A DNA stretch of 62,982 bases, the filler included, from Octopus bimaculoides (lineage: Eukaryota): assembly GCF_001194135.2 (NCBI RefSeq). It is 4 parts of 3 records of this genome, joined end to end, with 100 filler letters (N's around TTAATTAATTAA, not from the genome) between each part and the next. Parts side by side here need not be neighbours in the genome. Positions count along the whole stretch, not along the records: positions 1 to 26,992 come from NC_068982.1; 3 more parts are not named here. The stretch is one strand, 5' to 3'. Positions 1 through 11,832 of the stretch are shown here, one piece after another. The translations under genes and the position numbers were made by a program. A model generated the notes under the pieces. That model had not been told where the DNA came from, ran no database searches, and saw only the letters and a list, made by a program, of their open reading frames with translations. The stretch's first letter is position 1. Every line of letters starts with the position of its first letter.

Positions 1-98
<98 letters not shown>
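1..98. repeat. Compound (AT)n(AC)n(AT)n microsatellite
   Basis: Directly visible dinucleotide runs. Confidence 0.97.
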
Positions 99-942
99 TC
101 ATACACACGCACACGTATATATTATGTTTATATCCCTATACATGTATATAGGTTCATATACTACGTATATATGAGTGTGCATGTATATATGCGTGTGTTC
201 CAGGTACGTTATTTATAAGTTCACGAAGTGCATATAACATATTTACTCATGAGTTAAGCTACGCAATCACAAACTGTTCCGGCTTGCCGCCGATATTGTG
301 TCTGAAACTTTGAAGCGAATGTACCGGATAATGTAACTGACCACGCTTCTGACGTAAGGCAGTGAAGTGTTTATGAAATGTAGTAGCATAAATTGCAAAT
401 ACTTTCTAAAATAAATGTAAATAGTATACATATTTCAACTGTCTACAATGTAACTGCAACGAATTAATTGTCCGGGTTCAGTGTACGATTTCAGGAAGCC
501 TTTTGATACCAAGCCTACCGTCTAATACTGGCCAGGGAAAGAGGCATATTGAACATAGCTCTCAACAGAAAGTACAACTTATCTGACACAATTTCCTAGA
601 ACACTTACTTGAATCAGTTGTCACCCCTGACGTCTTAGACTTTCTTCTCAAGTCACGAAGTCTTTCAATTCATTTGAATGAAAAATCTTGCGAAAGTTTT
701 GTTATAAAGAGCAAACGTGGTAGTGGATGCTTACCATTTCTTCAATACGTGTACAAGGAACACATTTCACGCAAATCCTGTCGATATTATTCAGATTCCG
801 AATAATGCAGCATTTGGAATGTATTAGATGATATACTAACAGTATAGTTCTAACTAATAGTAAATGAACCACACAAACACACATATATGAAATGCTCATA
901 TATTCATATAAATACGTATATAAACATATGTGTATGCATATA

Positions 943-1810
943 CAGAGTTTTAGGTCTAAATTTGACGATTTTTATGTCCCTTCTTTTCAGGATCAGCTTG
1001 ATGTATTGGTGAATAGTCAACGGCGATGGAGAACAAAAAATTGTTAAAGATGTAGTGGAGAAAATGTTAGCTGACGTGGAGGACTGGAAGACATGACTAT
1101 TGGAAAAGCGTTACTTGTATCATGAATACTCGCTTTGAGTATCACAACTGCTGCTCAATGCTCTGTGCACACTTTAACGGCTGTAAGATGTGACATAGAT
1201 AGCAGCAATGGAAACTACGAAGCTGTAGCCAGCAAGAAGAGACACAGCAGGCATTCTGACTGCGTCCGCACAATGGAGATTATCTCCACATCTTTGATCA
1301 AAGCCTTAGGCTCAGTTTAGACAGCTATATGAAGCCGTTGAAGACTGTGGTCAATCTCTGGCTAGAGAGGGTTGCTACTGGAAGGTCATGCGTGTGGCAG
1401 ATGGGTTTGACTCCTCGCTATATCCATGGAAAGAGACAACAGGGATTATCGGAGAAATTCTGCGACTTCAAGAGTTCCAACATTTGGCCTCCGGATTCCC
1501 CTAATCATAATCCCATGGACTATTATTCGTGGAGCGCGGTTAAGAAAAACACTAACCACGTTGCCTTAGAATACCATGGTCAAGCTACTGGCAAAGATCA
1601 AGGAGGTGTTCGAAGATCTTTCCGGGAACAAAGTGAGGAAAGCATGCATCAGGTTTCGGAGCCTCGTTGAGTTTGTAGTGGAAGCTGAGGGCCGATATTT
1701 CGAGTAAGACTTTTAACTCCCTGCCATGATCAAGCTGATATTTTTGATTTTTTAAAATTCTTTTATTTTTGGCAAACTGTCAAACTGTCAAATTTAGCCA
1801 GAACACACTG
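943..1810 (+). mobile_element. Internally deleted, decayed Tc1/mariner-type DNA transposon with transposase C-terminus
   Basis: Across frameshifts reads HIFDQSLRLSLDSYMKPLKTVVNLWLERVATGRSCVWQ...NIWPPDSPNHNPMDYYSWSAV...RFRSLVEFVVEAEGRYFE*, matching the DDE-domain WPPxSPDLNPxD motif and a typical C-terminus. Imperfect TIRs: CAGAGTTTTAGGTCTAAATTTGAC (943-966) vs GTCAAATTTAGCCAGAACACACTG (1787-1810). TA on the left flank. Confidence 0.85.
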
Positions 1811-2199
1811 TGTGTGTGTGTGTGTGTGTGTTTACATATATATACACACACGCACATACATACACGTTCATGAATAGGGTCGAAAGAAAAGAGAACTTTG
1901 AGAAATAGAGTATATATTTATTGGAAAATCTGTGATCAATTTCTTCTTTAATCAGAATATCATATACTTACATAACGTATGAACTTATGACGTTGCAGAT
2001 CTGAAAGTTAGCAGAAGTGTTATGTCTGGAAATAACGCCTCCACTGTCTTTCACAATTCATATCTTCTGAAAAGATCACACGAATACACCTCGAGGAACG
2101 GTGGAGTGTAGCACTGGCAGTTTTCCAAAAAATACTTTATACATATATACGTTCATACATATATAAACACACACACACACATGCATATCTATATGTATA

Positions 2200-2531
2200 T
2201 ATAAGTTGAATAAAGTTAAAACATAGTCAGGTATTCACGTTTTTATTATGGTATTTTAACAAAATTAGCGCTTTCATACATATTGTACTCACAAGATTTT
2301 AAATGTGTTTAACTGGCAGTTGAGCTCTCTACAACTTTAGTACCTCTTAGAACGCTCTAAAATTCAGCTGGTTGGAGCCTTCTAAGAGGTACTAAAGTTG
2401 TCAAAACCTCAACTGTCAATTAAACACATTTAAAATCTTGTGAGTACACTTTGTATGAAAGCGCTAATTTTGTTAAAATACCATAATAAAAGACGTGAAA
2501 ATCAAACTGTTTTAAATTTATTCAACTTATA
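2200..2531. mobile_element. Fold-back/MITE-like element (~330 bp, almost entirely inverted repeat)
   Basis: Left arm TAAGTTGAATAAA...TACCTCTTAGAA pairs with right arm TTCTAAGAGGTA...TTTATTCAACTTA around a short loop near 2359-2373. Sits in a (TA)n context. Confidence 0.85.
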
Positions 2532-2629
2532 TATTATTCTATATATATATATAAACACACACACGCGCGCGCGCACTTGTAAAATTTGCACGTCTTCATC
2601 TTTACTCCAAATTTTTTATCTTTTCTACA

Positions 2630-2960
2630 GTTGGGGGATTCCATTGGAGCCCCCACATTTTGGTTGTTTTTTGTTTGGCGGTTTTGGGTTTCAGTTTTAG
2701 TTGTTTCTTCTTTTCCTTCTCCTTTTTCTTTTTTATGCTTTCGCTCATGGTCTTTCCTTCCTTTACTGGTGGTAGCCCTTACATTCCCCTGATTGTCCGC
2801 AGGGGTGCGACTCCATTCTTCTGTGGGACCACTGGATCAGAGGGACTTCTGGTTGTTCCTTCATCTTCCCTATCCTTATCAGCCTGGTTGTTCATAGGGG
2901 TAGGGGCTCCATTCTTTTGTGGGACCATTGGAACAACTTCTGGTTGTTGCTTCTTTTATA
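2630..2960 (-). mobile_element. Possible decayed LINE ORF1 tail (K/E-rich) with an internal ~50-bp duplication
   Basis: Minus-strand K/E-rich reading (RKHKKEKGEGKEETTKTETQ). Direct repeat 2801-2858 vs 2897-2948. No diagnostic domain. Confidence 0.35.
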
Positions 2961-2965
2961 TATAT

Positions 2966-3231
2966 CTTTTATCTTTCATTTATTTCAGTCATTAGACTCC
3001 GGCCATGCTGGGGCACCATCTTGGAGAATTTTGAGACAAACGAATAGACTCCAGTACTTTTTTGTCATAAATGCCTGGAACTCATTCTATCAGTATCTTT
3101 TTGCTGAACCGCTAAGTTACAGGACATAAGCACACCAACACCGGTTGGTATCAAGTGAGGATGGGAGAGAAACACAGACACAAAGATACACACACATATA
3201 TATACATATATACATAATCACATGCACCCCC

Positions 3232-3279
<48 letters not shown>

Positions 3280-3348
3280 GATGGTTATCTGTGAGCTTCC
3301 GTTTATCAAATCCATTGACGAGGCTATAACTATGTGCTTGGGAAGCAA
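2966..3348 (-). mobile_element. SINE family A copy (CORE-like tRNA SINE), degenerate, with expanded central (TA)n
   Basis: Reverse complement of the family-A tail and body seen intact at 20264-20652. Confidence 0.8.
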
Positions 3349-3370
3349 ATGCATATATACGTAAATATAT

Positions 3371-3419
<49 letters not shown>

Positions 3420-3750
3420 TACACATACACGCCCCACATAAACACATATATGTATACACATATACATACGTACTTATATGTCAGAGTCATTGTGTCTATG
3501 CTTCTACGTCAGCTGCTATATACGAGCATGTGTTTGCGACAGTAATGCCATCGATGCACTTCCCATGCGCAAGACCATATTAAGAGTCACAATTCACTGG
3601 CACGTGCAAATTACAAACGTTACAGCAAACGTCAACGGAAATTATATTTATGAATAGAGTATTATGTCAATAACTACGTTGTCGGAGAGGGAAAATGTGA
3701 TCATGCATATCCCACCCTTCACTGAAAATAAGCTGTTGATGATTTATATA

Positions 3751-3877
3751 CAGGGTGTCCACAAAGTCTGGCTACATGGAGTAAAGAAAATCATAACATA
3801 AACAATTAAATATAAGAAATAATAATTTCTTAAAGTATGTGTTAATCCCCATGTACCCAGACTTTGTGGACACCCTG
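3751..3877. mobile_element. 127-bp Tc1/mariner-type MITE
   Basis: 29-bp TIRs CAGGGTGTCCACAAAGTCTGGCTACATGG / CCATGTACCCAGACTTTGTGGACACCCTG (1 mismatch). TA on the left flank. Confidence 0.9.
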
Positions 3878-4679
3878 CATAATCTATGAATAACTAAATA
3901 TGTAGACTAATGGATTACTGTTTGGAACAGAGCAATTTTGAAAAGAAATGGAATATTAGTCAAAATCGCTATTTGTCAACCGGGATTCATGTGACCCCCT
4001 TGTGGTCTATGTAAGATTTTTGGGTTCCACACAAGCAAAATAGTAAATTGGGAATCTACAGTAGTATCGCAAAGATTCATGAAACAATTTTGCTTTAAGT
4101 TTATTGATTGCAGAAAACAGTTTCTTTAACGTTTACGTAGTTTAACATGTTTCCAGCCACTGAAACATGTTCTCTCAGCGAGAGTTATTGCAAATCTACG
4201 CAAGTGAATGCGTGAAAAATAAAATAGGAATTTTGAAAGAAGTATCTGTAAAACTAGCTTTTAAACATCGAATGGCTATTCTGGGATCCATTAGAATGAA
4301 AGAGTAATCAAATGGGTCCAAATGTACGAAAATGGTTGAGAACAACTGGTCTAAATGTTCAAAATTCTTATTGATGGCAGAGAAATTTGCTTTAATCGTA
4401 TAATTAAATTCTAGGTAGTTGAGTTTCAAAGGATGTGATGTTTTTGTTGCTTAACACCAGGACACCTTTCTCGCGAGAATCTCTGATTAAACGCCTTTCG
4501 TCCGAGACCATCCAATCACATTATCTACTGTGTCTTAATTTTATTTTAAATTTGCGATATAGAGAGAGATTTGATAACTATTTCTACAAAATTCTATAAA
4601 CCACATAAAGGCCCTGGCATTGGGTTGTCAGTAAAGGTTTGAATATATGCTGTAACGTGTAGATATTTTGTTAGGCGGT

Positions 4680-4880
4680 AAGGCGCAGGCCAAGCAGAAT
4701 CGTTAGCACGCTGGGTAAAATGTTTGTCCGTCTTTATGTTCTGAGTTCAAATCCACCGAGGTCGACTTTGCCTTTCATCTTTTCGGGTTCGATAAAATAA
4801 GTACTAGCTGAACAGTGGGGTCGATGTAATCGACTTGAACCCTCTCCTGAAATTGCTGGCCTTATGCCAACATTTGAAAC
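4680..4880 (+). mobile_element. SINE family B copy
   Basis: GCAGAATCGTTAGCACG head, B-box-like GAGTTCAAAT, body GGTCGACTTTGCCTTTCATC. Many similar copies in the window. Confidence 0.85.
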
Positions 4881-5472
4881 TAGTACTTTACTGGGTTGCA
4901 ATGCACGTTTAAATATCTACTGGTACTTCTTTATCGATCTCAGGAGAATGAAAGCTTACAACGATAGCTGTAGGAATAGAAATCAGAAGAATGTAACAGA
5001 GAGTCACAGAAATTTAGATCTCTGCTTTAGGCACAAGCCCAAAATATTGATAGACGATAACATGAAATTATCAACGTAAATGGTTCGTTGGTATTTACCG
5101 AGTTCGAAAGCGGAATGGCAAAGTGAAAATGATGTGGTGGTATCATTTTCAAAATTCTTATTGATAGCAGAGAAATTTGCTTTATTCATCTAATTAAATT
5201 CTAGGTAGCTGAGTTTCAATGTATGAGGTGTTTTTTTATTGCTTAACTCCTGGTCAACTTTATTCGCAGGAATAAATATAACTAAATACAGTTAACGTAA
5301 CGATATAACTAAATACAGCAACGAAAGTAATTCAGTAGTCTACCACCCTTGATAGATTCTTTCACTCATTGCCGTTGACAGTATCAATGGTAATACATAA
5401 AGTTAATGAGGTTTCGCAAATTTGACATAAGTGATTCAGGTAACACTAATAATGTGTTAAAATCATACGTGT

Positions 5473-5906
5473 CTTTATCTTTTGTCTCAGTCATTACACT
5501 GCGGTCATATTGGAGCGTTGCTTTGAGGAACTACCAGTCAAACTTTCAGTATTTATATATATTTTTTTTACGCCTGATACTTAAACTATCGGATTCTTTT
5601 TGTACATTCTTTTTGCCGAAACTCTAAGCTACGAGGATGTAAACAAACCAGCATCGGTTGTCAAGCGGCGGTGGAAGAAAACACAGACTCAAATACACGC
5701 GCGCGCACATATATGCTCGTTCACACATGCACACACACATGTATACGATAGGCTTTTTTAGTTTACGTCTACCATATTCACTTACAAGCTTTTGGTCGGT
5801 CCGTGGTTAGAGTAAAAGATACTTGGCCGAGGTGCTACACAGTGGAATTGAACTCGGAACCATGTGGTTAGGAAGTAAGCTTCTTAGTACACTGTCACAT
5901 ACACTG
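5473..5906 (-). mobile_element. SINE family A copy, near full length
   Basis: Contains CCAGCATCGGTTGTCAAGCG and GGAACCATGTGGTTAGGAAGTAAGCTTCTT, the reverse complement of family A. Confidence 0.85.
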
Positions 5907-6129
5907 CTGTATTGTAGTTCAACCCGTTAGAAATAGGTACCACTTTACACTTCAACCGCAACCCAGAGTCATTGCACTTCGAATAAGGTCGTCTCGGGGT
6001 GCACTAAAAAGTAGATGGAATAGTCGTAATTTGTATCCTGTGATAAAGAGTCTCCTGAATGAGGAAGATTCAAGGCTGCGCAAGAACCCTCAACAACGGA
6101 GTGTTATATCTGAACATAACACGAAACAC

Positions 6130-6300
6130 CATACAAAGGAACATCTATGACGTCACAGCAGCCAAATCTATTTTGATTTCACACAAAAGTGTATTTTAAA
6201 GCAATCAAGGACATTGGAAAATGCAAAGTTAGATAGACCGCGTAAAAAAGTAAGGATCGTCACGGATGGAATGTCTTTGGTAAGAGGCCTACTCCACTGA
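6130..6300 (+). repeat. Interspersed repeat family D, degenerate (other copies ~10875-11065 +, ~35679-35860 -, ~37270-37440 +)
   Basis: Shared motifs CAGCCAAATCT and GTCACGG(A/T)TGGAATGTCTTT among the copies. Confidence 0.55.
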
Positions 6301-6464
6301 AGTTAGCCTATGGTTAAAAAGTGTTTTTTATTATCTATTTTTACGAAGTGGATTAATATCAATAACTGTCGATAACTCTCACTACGATTCCCAAAGTGGT
6401 GACTGTTCTCTCAATTTCTTTAACAGCTGCATGTTCTTCATTAAACGGTGGAAAGGAATAATTA

Positions 6465-6584
6465 AAGAAAGAAAGGAAGAAAGAAAGAAGAAAAGAAAGA
6501 AAGAAAGAAAGAAAGACAGAAAGAAAGCTGGAAGAAGAAGAAGAAGAAGAAGAAGAAGAAGAAGAAGAAGAAGAAGAAGAAGAG
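6465..6584. repeat. (GAAA)n followed by (GAA)n microsatellite
   Basis: Directly visible. Confidence 0.95.
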
Positions 6585-7390
6585 GTTACAATGAGAGATA
6601 AGAAGCAGATTAAATAAAGTGAAAGTAGAAAAATAAGGAGATATGTCATGAGAGGAAGCTAAAGCGATAATCGAATAAAACAGATAAATAAATAAATAAA
6701 ACCTAGAAAAAAAAATCAATGAAGAAAAGAATAGAAAGATTTAGGTAATGTAAAGACAAATAAAAACGAAAGGAAGAGAAGAGAAGTGTACAACAGATAA
6801 GACATGTGGTAGTAAGGTTAAAGAAATTAAAATACAATGTTCGAATGATATACTGTAGAAATGGGCCGTAATAGCGATGGAATGATAACCGTAATGCTTT
6901 TCATGGAGATAGCTATCTAAACAATATTTATTTATGCCTTTATTTTATAATAATAGAGTATTTATCTTGAAGTCATGTTTATAATGTAGATTATATCTGA
7001 TAGATATTCACCAAAATTGTTAATGGACATTCAAACTTTAAACTGATGTCAGCGATTACGAAGCAGCTAGAAGAGACAAAAACAGAACAGATTTAATGAT
7101 GGGGATTTATAAAAAAAAACAAAACAAAAAAGACTCTTTCGAATTTCTAAGCATTCTAGTTATATTAATGAAGATGTAATATAGGTAATATAGTGATAGA
7201 AACGATAAGATAAGTGGCAGTGTATAACGCATCCTTAATTACAGAATTCACTATGAAGAAATGTAAAACTAAATTCAAATAGCTGTTGGACAAAGAAACG
7301 TGTGACATAATATTATATCCATAAATTACCTAATTCTAGTCACTAACATCATATATTCTGTCAAAATGATAATGATATAATAATAATAAT

Positions 7391-7771
7391 GATTTCAAAT
7401 TTTGGTACAAGGCCAGAAAGTTAGGGGGAGGGGGAAAGTTGATTATATCAGCCCCAAAAGTCAACTGGTACTTATTTTATCGACCCTGACAGGATGAAAA
7501 GCAAAGTCGACCTCGGCGGAATTAGAACTCAAAAAGTAAAGACGGACGAAATACCGCTAAGCATTTCAAATTTTTGCCACAAGGGCAGCTTGAGGGAGGT
7601 GAGGATGAGTCGATTACATCGGCCCCAGTGTTCAAATGGCACTTATTTTATCCACCCCGAAAGGATGAAAGGCAAAGTCTCAGCAGAAATTGAGCTCAGA
7701 ACGTACAGACGAACGAAATGCCGCTAAGCGTTTTACCCGGCGTGCTAACAATTTTGCCAGCTCTCCGCCTT
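7391..7771 (-). mobile_element. Two tandem SINE family B copies (7391-7567 5'-truncated; 7564-7771 full)
   Basis: Two successive reverse-complement B bodies. The second ends in GCCAGCTCTCCGCCTT (head). Confidence 0.85.
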
Positions 7772-7773
7772 AA

Positions 7774-7781
7774 ACAACAGC

Positions 7782-7845
<64 letters not shown>
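7774..7845. repeat. (CAA)n(TAA)n microsatellite
   Basis: Directly visible. Confidence 0.95.
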
Positions 7846-8189
7846 TATTGTTATCCACAATAGCTCATACATACAAATAGAACATTAGAAAATGGGCGAA
7901 CAATATGTGTAAGGGTAAAAGAACTAGTTGTGTAAAAACGAGGTTGGAGGCAACGACGTTGTACAATAAATATATTAAAAAGTGGGTATACATTAAAAAC
8001 TCGCCAAATAATTATCATCTAAAGTACACAATATTTAACATGAGATATATTTTGAATAAAAAAACTGGAAGCAATATTGGAAACTCTTCATGGATTACAA
8101 ATATGTAATTAACTTGGATTATGACTAGTTTCAGGTTTGATCCTCTCTCTGTCTGCCAACATTTTTCTGATATCATCGTCCACGTAACT

Positions 8190-9650
8190 TCTTGTTTCAA
8201 AAAATGCCCTTCAGCGATTTCGGGGTTAGGATTAGAAAAAATGGCCTAGAAAAAAGGCCTACATTTTGAAGGTGCTTTACATAAAATTCTTCGTAGTAGC
8301 GTTCTTCAATTTTAAATAAAATTCTGTCTTTCGCAGGTTCAGCATAATCTGATCTTAAACCGATTTTATCCCAAATTGGTCGTCTAGGGCCTTTAAGTCT
8401 TCCATCATATCTCGAATAACTGGATTTCAATGAGTCATGGGGAAAGTCTCTTCCCCACACTTAGACATCTCCTCTCTCTACTTGCATTCCACAACTCAAA
8501 TTGAAATTTATTTACCTCAAAATACCCGCGAGTATTTTTGGAGTTTACTAAAAAAAACACCCATCTTTTTTCAGGCTGTGGTAAATTTTTATATAACTTT
8601 CACCAATATTCTATCGGCAGCATGTCTTCTGTATAATGGCTTTAACTTTTTGTCTTCATACAGTACATCTCCCTGGTTATCGATTTTATTGATGCACACC
8701 TCTAATCTGAGGTAGATGTTGCTCAACTTCCCGATCGTGGACATCGTGTAATTCTGTAGATCGGGATGAGTGTATTTTGCTTTGTGTCATCAACTTCCTG
8801 TTTCATCGTTCTTTTAAATTTTTTTCTTAGAAAGGCCCTTTTATTCCTTCCCGGACTTTATTTGTTTTCTGTTGCTGCAAAGGGACCTCCTGAGATGGTG
8901 TTCAACATTACCCAGTACTGCACCAAGGATGAGACGTTTCTTCCGCTATTTCCGATGCTTCGACTAGCGGTGCATTTTGATCTGGAACCACAGAATCTAC
9001 TTCTATTTCCAATTCTTTTGTTGTATCGTTCTCTGTCTTTCTCTAACATTCCTACTCCTTGAGGCAGAAAGCTTTTAAGTGACATTTTACGTCACAAATT
9101 TGACCGTCGTGCTTTTTCTCTTAGCCACCAGGATTATTGCTCGTGCTTCTGTGCCTACGACGAGACACAGTCTAGAATGGCTCAGTAGTCTTCAGGGGTT
9201 CTAAGGATGTGCAACTTCATCCTGATCCCACCAAAACTTAACCGCATATCAATTCTTGTCACTTCCTCACTTAGGAACACCTTACATTGCACTAAAAAGT
9301 CGACAATAAGCCAAAAGTCAATATCACGTGAAATACTCTTAATTGTCACCCTTATGGTTCGCTGGTTCATGTACGGACGTATGACCGGATGTGAATCTTG
9401 CGGAAACTGTTTGCCGTTTTGCTTCATTTTCTGTCCCGAAAACAAGGCATGTACTAAAATTACTCCTTCTATTACTCATTGGAAAAGATACTGTCACACA
9501 TGTCACCCGTAGATTTCTTCAAATCATCCTGAAAGACTTTACAGAACGTTCGCCACGTTTTGTAAGCCTGGGGTATATTGACTTTCTCCTTACCCGCTCT
9601 TGGAGAAATTTCTCGGTAACCAAGTTTGCTTGGTTTCTTTTTCCGACTCA
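8190..9650 (-). mobile_element. Decayed gag-like ORF1 of a non-LTR retrotransposon with a zinc-knuckle relic
   Basis: Multiple broken minus-strand frames. DGQICDVKCHLKAFCL at ~9061-9108 fits CX2CX4HX4C with the first C lost. Flanking segments IRPYMNQRTIRVTIKSI and HPDLQNYTMSTIGKLSN resemble octopus LINE ORF1-like proteins (from memory). Confidence 0.55.
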
Positions 9651-11084
9651 GTCACACTAATCACATCGATCCTACTTAGGGTCTGTGGGTTCAGCTAGGT
9701 AACATCACATGTCTGCACAGAGCTGAGTGATGGACGACCGATCCATTTCAGGATGCCGAAAATAGTATGTTGTTAATGTGCTCAGTGTCATCTGGAAGCC
9801 CACTGTCTGATGACCTTAAGAGAAACTTCATTCATACCTCTATGGAATCAGTACTGTTACATGATGTACTTTTAGACGACAAGAAAGTATGATCACAAGC
9901 TGGATCGACTTTGATCATACATAAGTATGTGTATGTGCGAATAGGGAATATCTACAGCAAATTAAATCAGTAACAATAATAATTGCGTCATTTAATTACA
10001 ATTTTTAACATAGACCCAATGACAAGGACAATTCCCAACCTCGTGGATTGCGTTGTGAGTTCTGAATTTTAGAGGAGGGTCAGTTTCTTCCTGTGTCTTG
10101 AACTCCAGAAAGTCTCTTATCGATTTCTTTGACAATTCTTCTGCGATTTACTTTGAATTGTAATATGTTACGATTTTCTGTTGCTTCCCTTTGGTTATTG
10201 GTTTGAAGACATGTTCATGATGGTTAGATGCAGACATATTCGTTACACCTACATGTGTGTAATATGTACTGCTGAAACGCAGTGTGTAATCCGAACGTAA
10301 CTTCTACAGTTGGAAGTACATTTGGCCAAAGCTGAATAGCGGGTACTTTTGTTCTTTCGACTTACGTCAGGCAGAATGACGTACGCTCTACAGACCTAGT
10401 TATTTATAGTTAATGAAATCTTGTATCTTGCTTCTGGTTTCACAAGAAAATTTGGTTTTACAATAATACTGTGGGGCTTACACAATTAACCCTATAGGAC
10501 ATACAACGCTAAGGAAAATCGTTCGAAATTCTTAACCACGCACTTCTGCATGAAGATACCTGGAAGACTGATGTGTTTTATTTGTCGACCCTAGAAGAAT
10601 GAAAAGCAAAACTGAACTGGAGAATAAAACCAAAAGGCTGGTATAAATACGGTGAAACATTTTGTCGGACACTGGGAACAGGCGAAGTTAGTTTCCATGA
10701 CCAACAGCTGGTCTTTAATATAAATAAATAAATTGGAACCAAGATTATTTCTAAATTCTTAAATATATTGTCTCCTGTATAATTATCTACTTAAAGGAAA
10801 CGTGGAAAGAAAAATTTTTTTTTTTCCATAGTGATTAGTTCATTAACTGCTATCAACTAGGGAGACTCAATGTGGTCCTTCTACGTGCTAGATATTGCAA
10901 TTAAGTGTATATCAAATCATATTCTGCATTCTTCAGAAAAGACAAGGAGTTTCCTGCTGGATTAAGTAATCATGGTGGCATAAAAATAAAGACGTGAAAG
11001 GCACATGCAAAATGTCTTTGGATCATAGAGCTGCTCGACCAAGGCTAATCTAGAACTAAACATCAGCAACAACGACGACGATGA

Positions 11085-11102
11085 CGACGACTACAACAAC
11101 AT

Positions 11103-11138
<36 letters not shown>

Positions 11139-11192
11139 CAGCAGCAGCAGCAGCAGTAGCAAAAACAGCAACGTCGACAACAACAACAACAA
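11085..11192. repeat. Compound (GAC)/(TAG)n/(CAG)n/(CAA)n trinucleotide repeat
   Basis: Directly visible. Confidence 0.9.
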
Positions 11193-11527
11193 ATAACATA
11201 ATTTCATCGTTCTTGTGTTTGTTGTATGTCCATGGTATTTCTGCATAGTTGTACCAAAGCACGGTATTCGATCGACAGTTATATAGTCTTTACTGTCGGA
11301 AATGCTTTAGAACTTTATATACGAATGACACACCAATATTCCTTGAATGAAACCACAAAATTTATATTAGTCAACATGTGTGACAAGTTAAAGGTGGCCT
11401 CCTAACATTGTTGCCATGTTATTAGAAGGTTGTACAACTTAACCTTACACTATCATCGCGTAATGTCTTTCAGATATGTTGCAGGTGGCATACATGCTTA
11501 GGTGCAAAATTAGACAGACTCAGAAAA

Positions 11528-11675
11528 ACGGAGGTGAATTGGCCGATGTAATAAAATATCAAACAAAATATTTTGCAGCATTTGTTCCGGATATATATGT
11601 TCTGAGTTCAAAACACGACCGAGGTCATTTTGTCTTTCCTCCTTTCGGGGGCAATAAAATAACGTAGCAGCCCAG
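11528..11675 (+). mobile_element. Degenerate SINE family B copy
   Basis: TGTTCTGAGTTCAAAAC...CCGAGGTCATTTTGTCTTTCCTCCTTTCGGGG body. Confidence 0.7.
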
Positions 11676-11702
11676 GATACGACTTTGAGTAGTTTGTTAC
11701 AG

Positions 11703-11832
11703 TGTTGGAGAAAATATTTTGCGTTACTTGTCTCCTTTCTATACATTTCGCGTTGGCCTGCGATGACACTGTTTCTATGTTGTGTGACCATTTGCTCTGG
11801 TCTTGGGGACATCGATAACACGGAGAAAAGAG
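11703..11832 (+). CDS. Candidate host-gene exon encoding a signal-peptide-like segment (CWRKYFALLVSFLYISRWPAMTLFLCCVTICSGLGDIDNTEKR)
   Basis: Acceptor TTTGTTACAG| at 11702, donor AAGAG|GTAAAG at 11833, open frame, non-repetitive sequence, hydrophobic stretch, phase-1 end. No homolog recognised. Confidence 0.3.

Noticed and set aside
6359-6719. Poly-Ser / poly-Phe hydrophobic ORFs
   Set aside because: Antisense translations of (GAA)n/(GAAA)n repeats.
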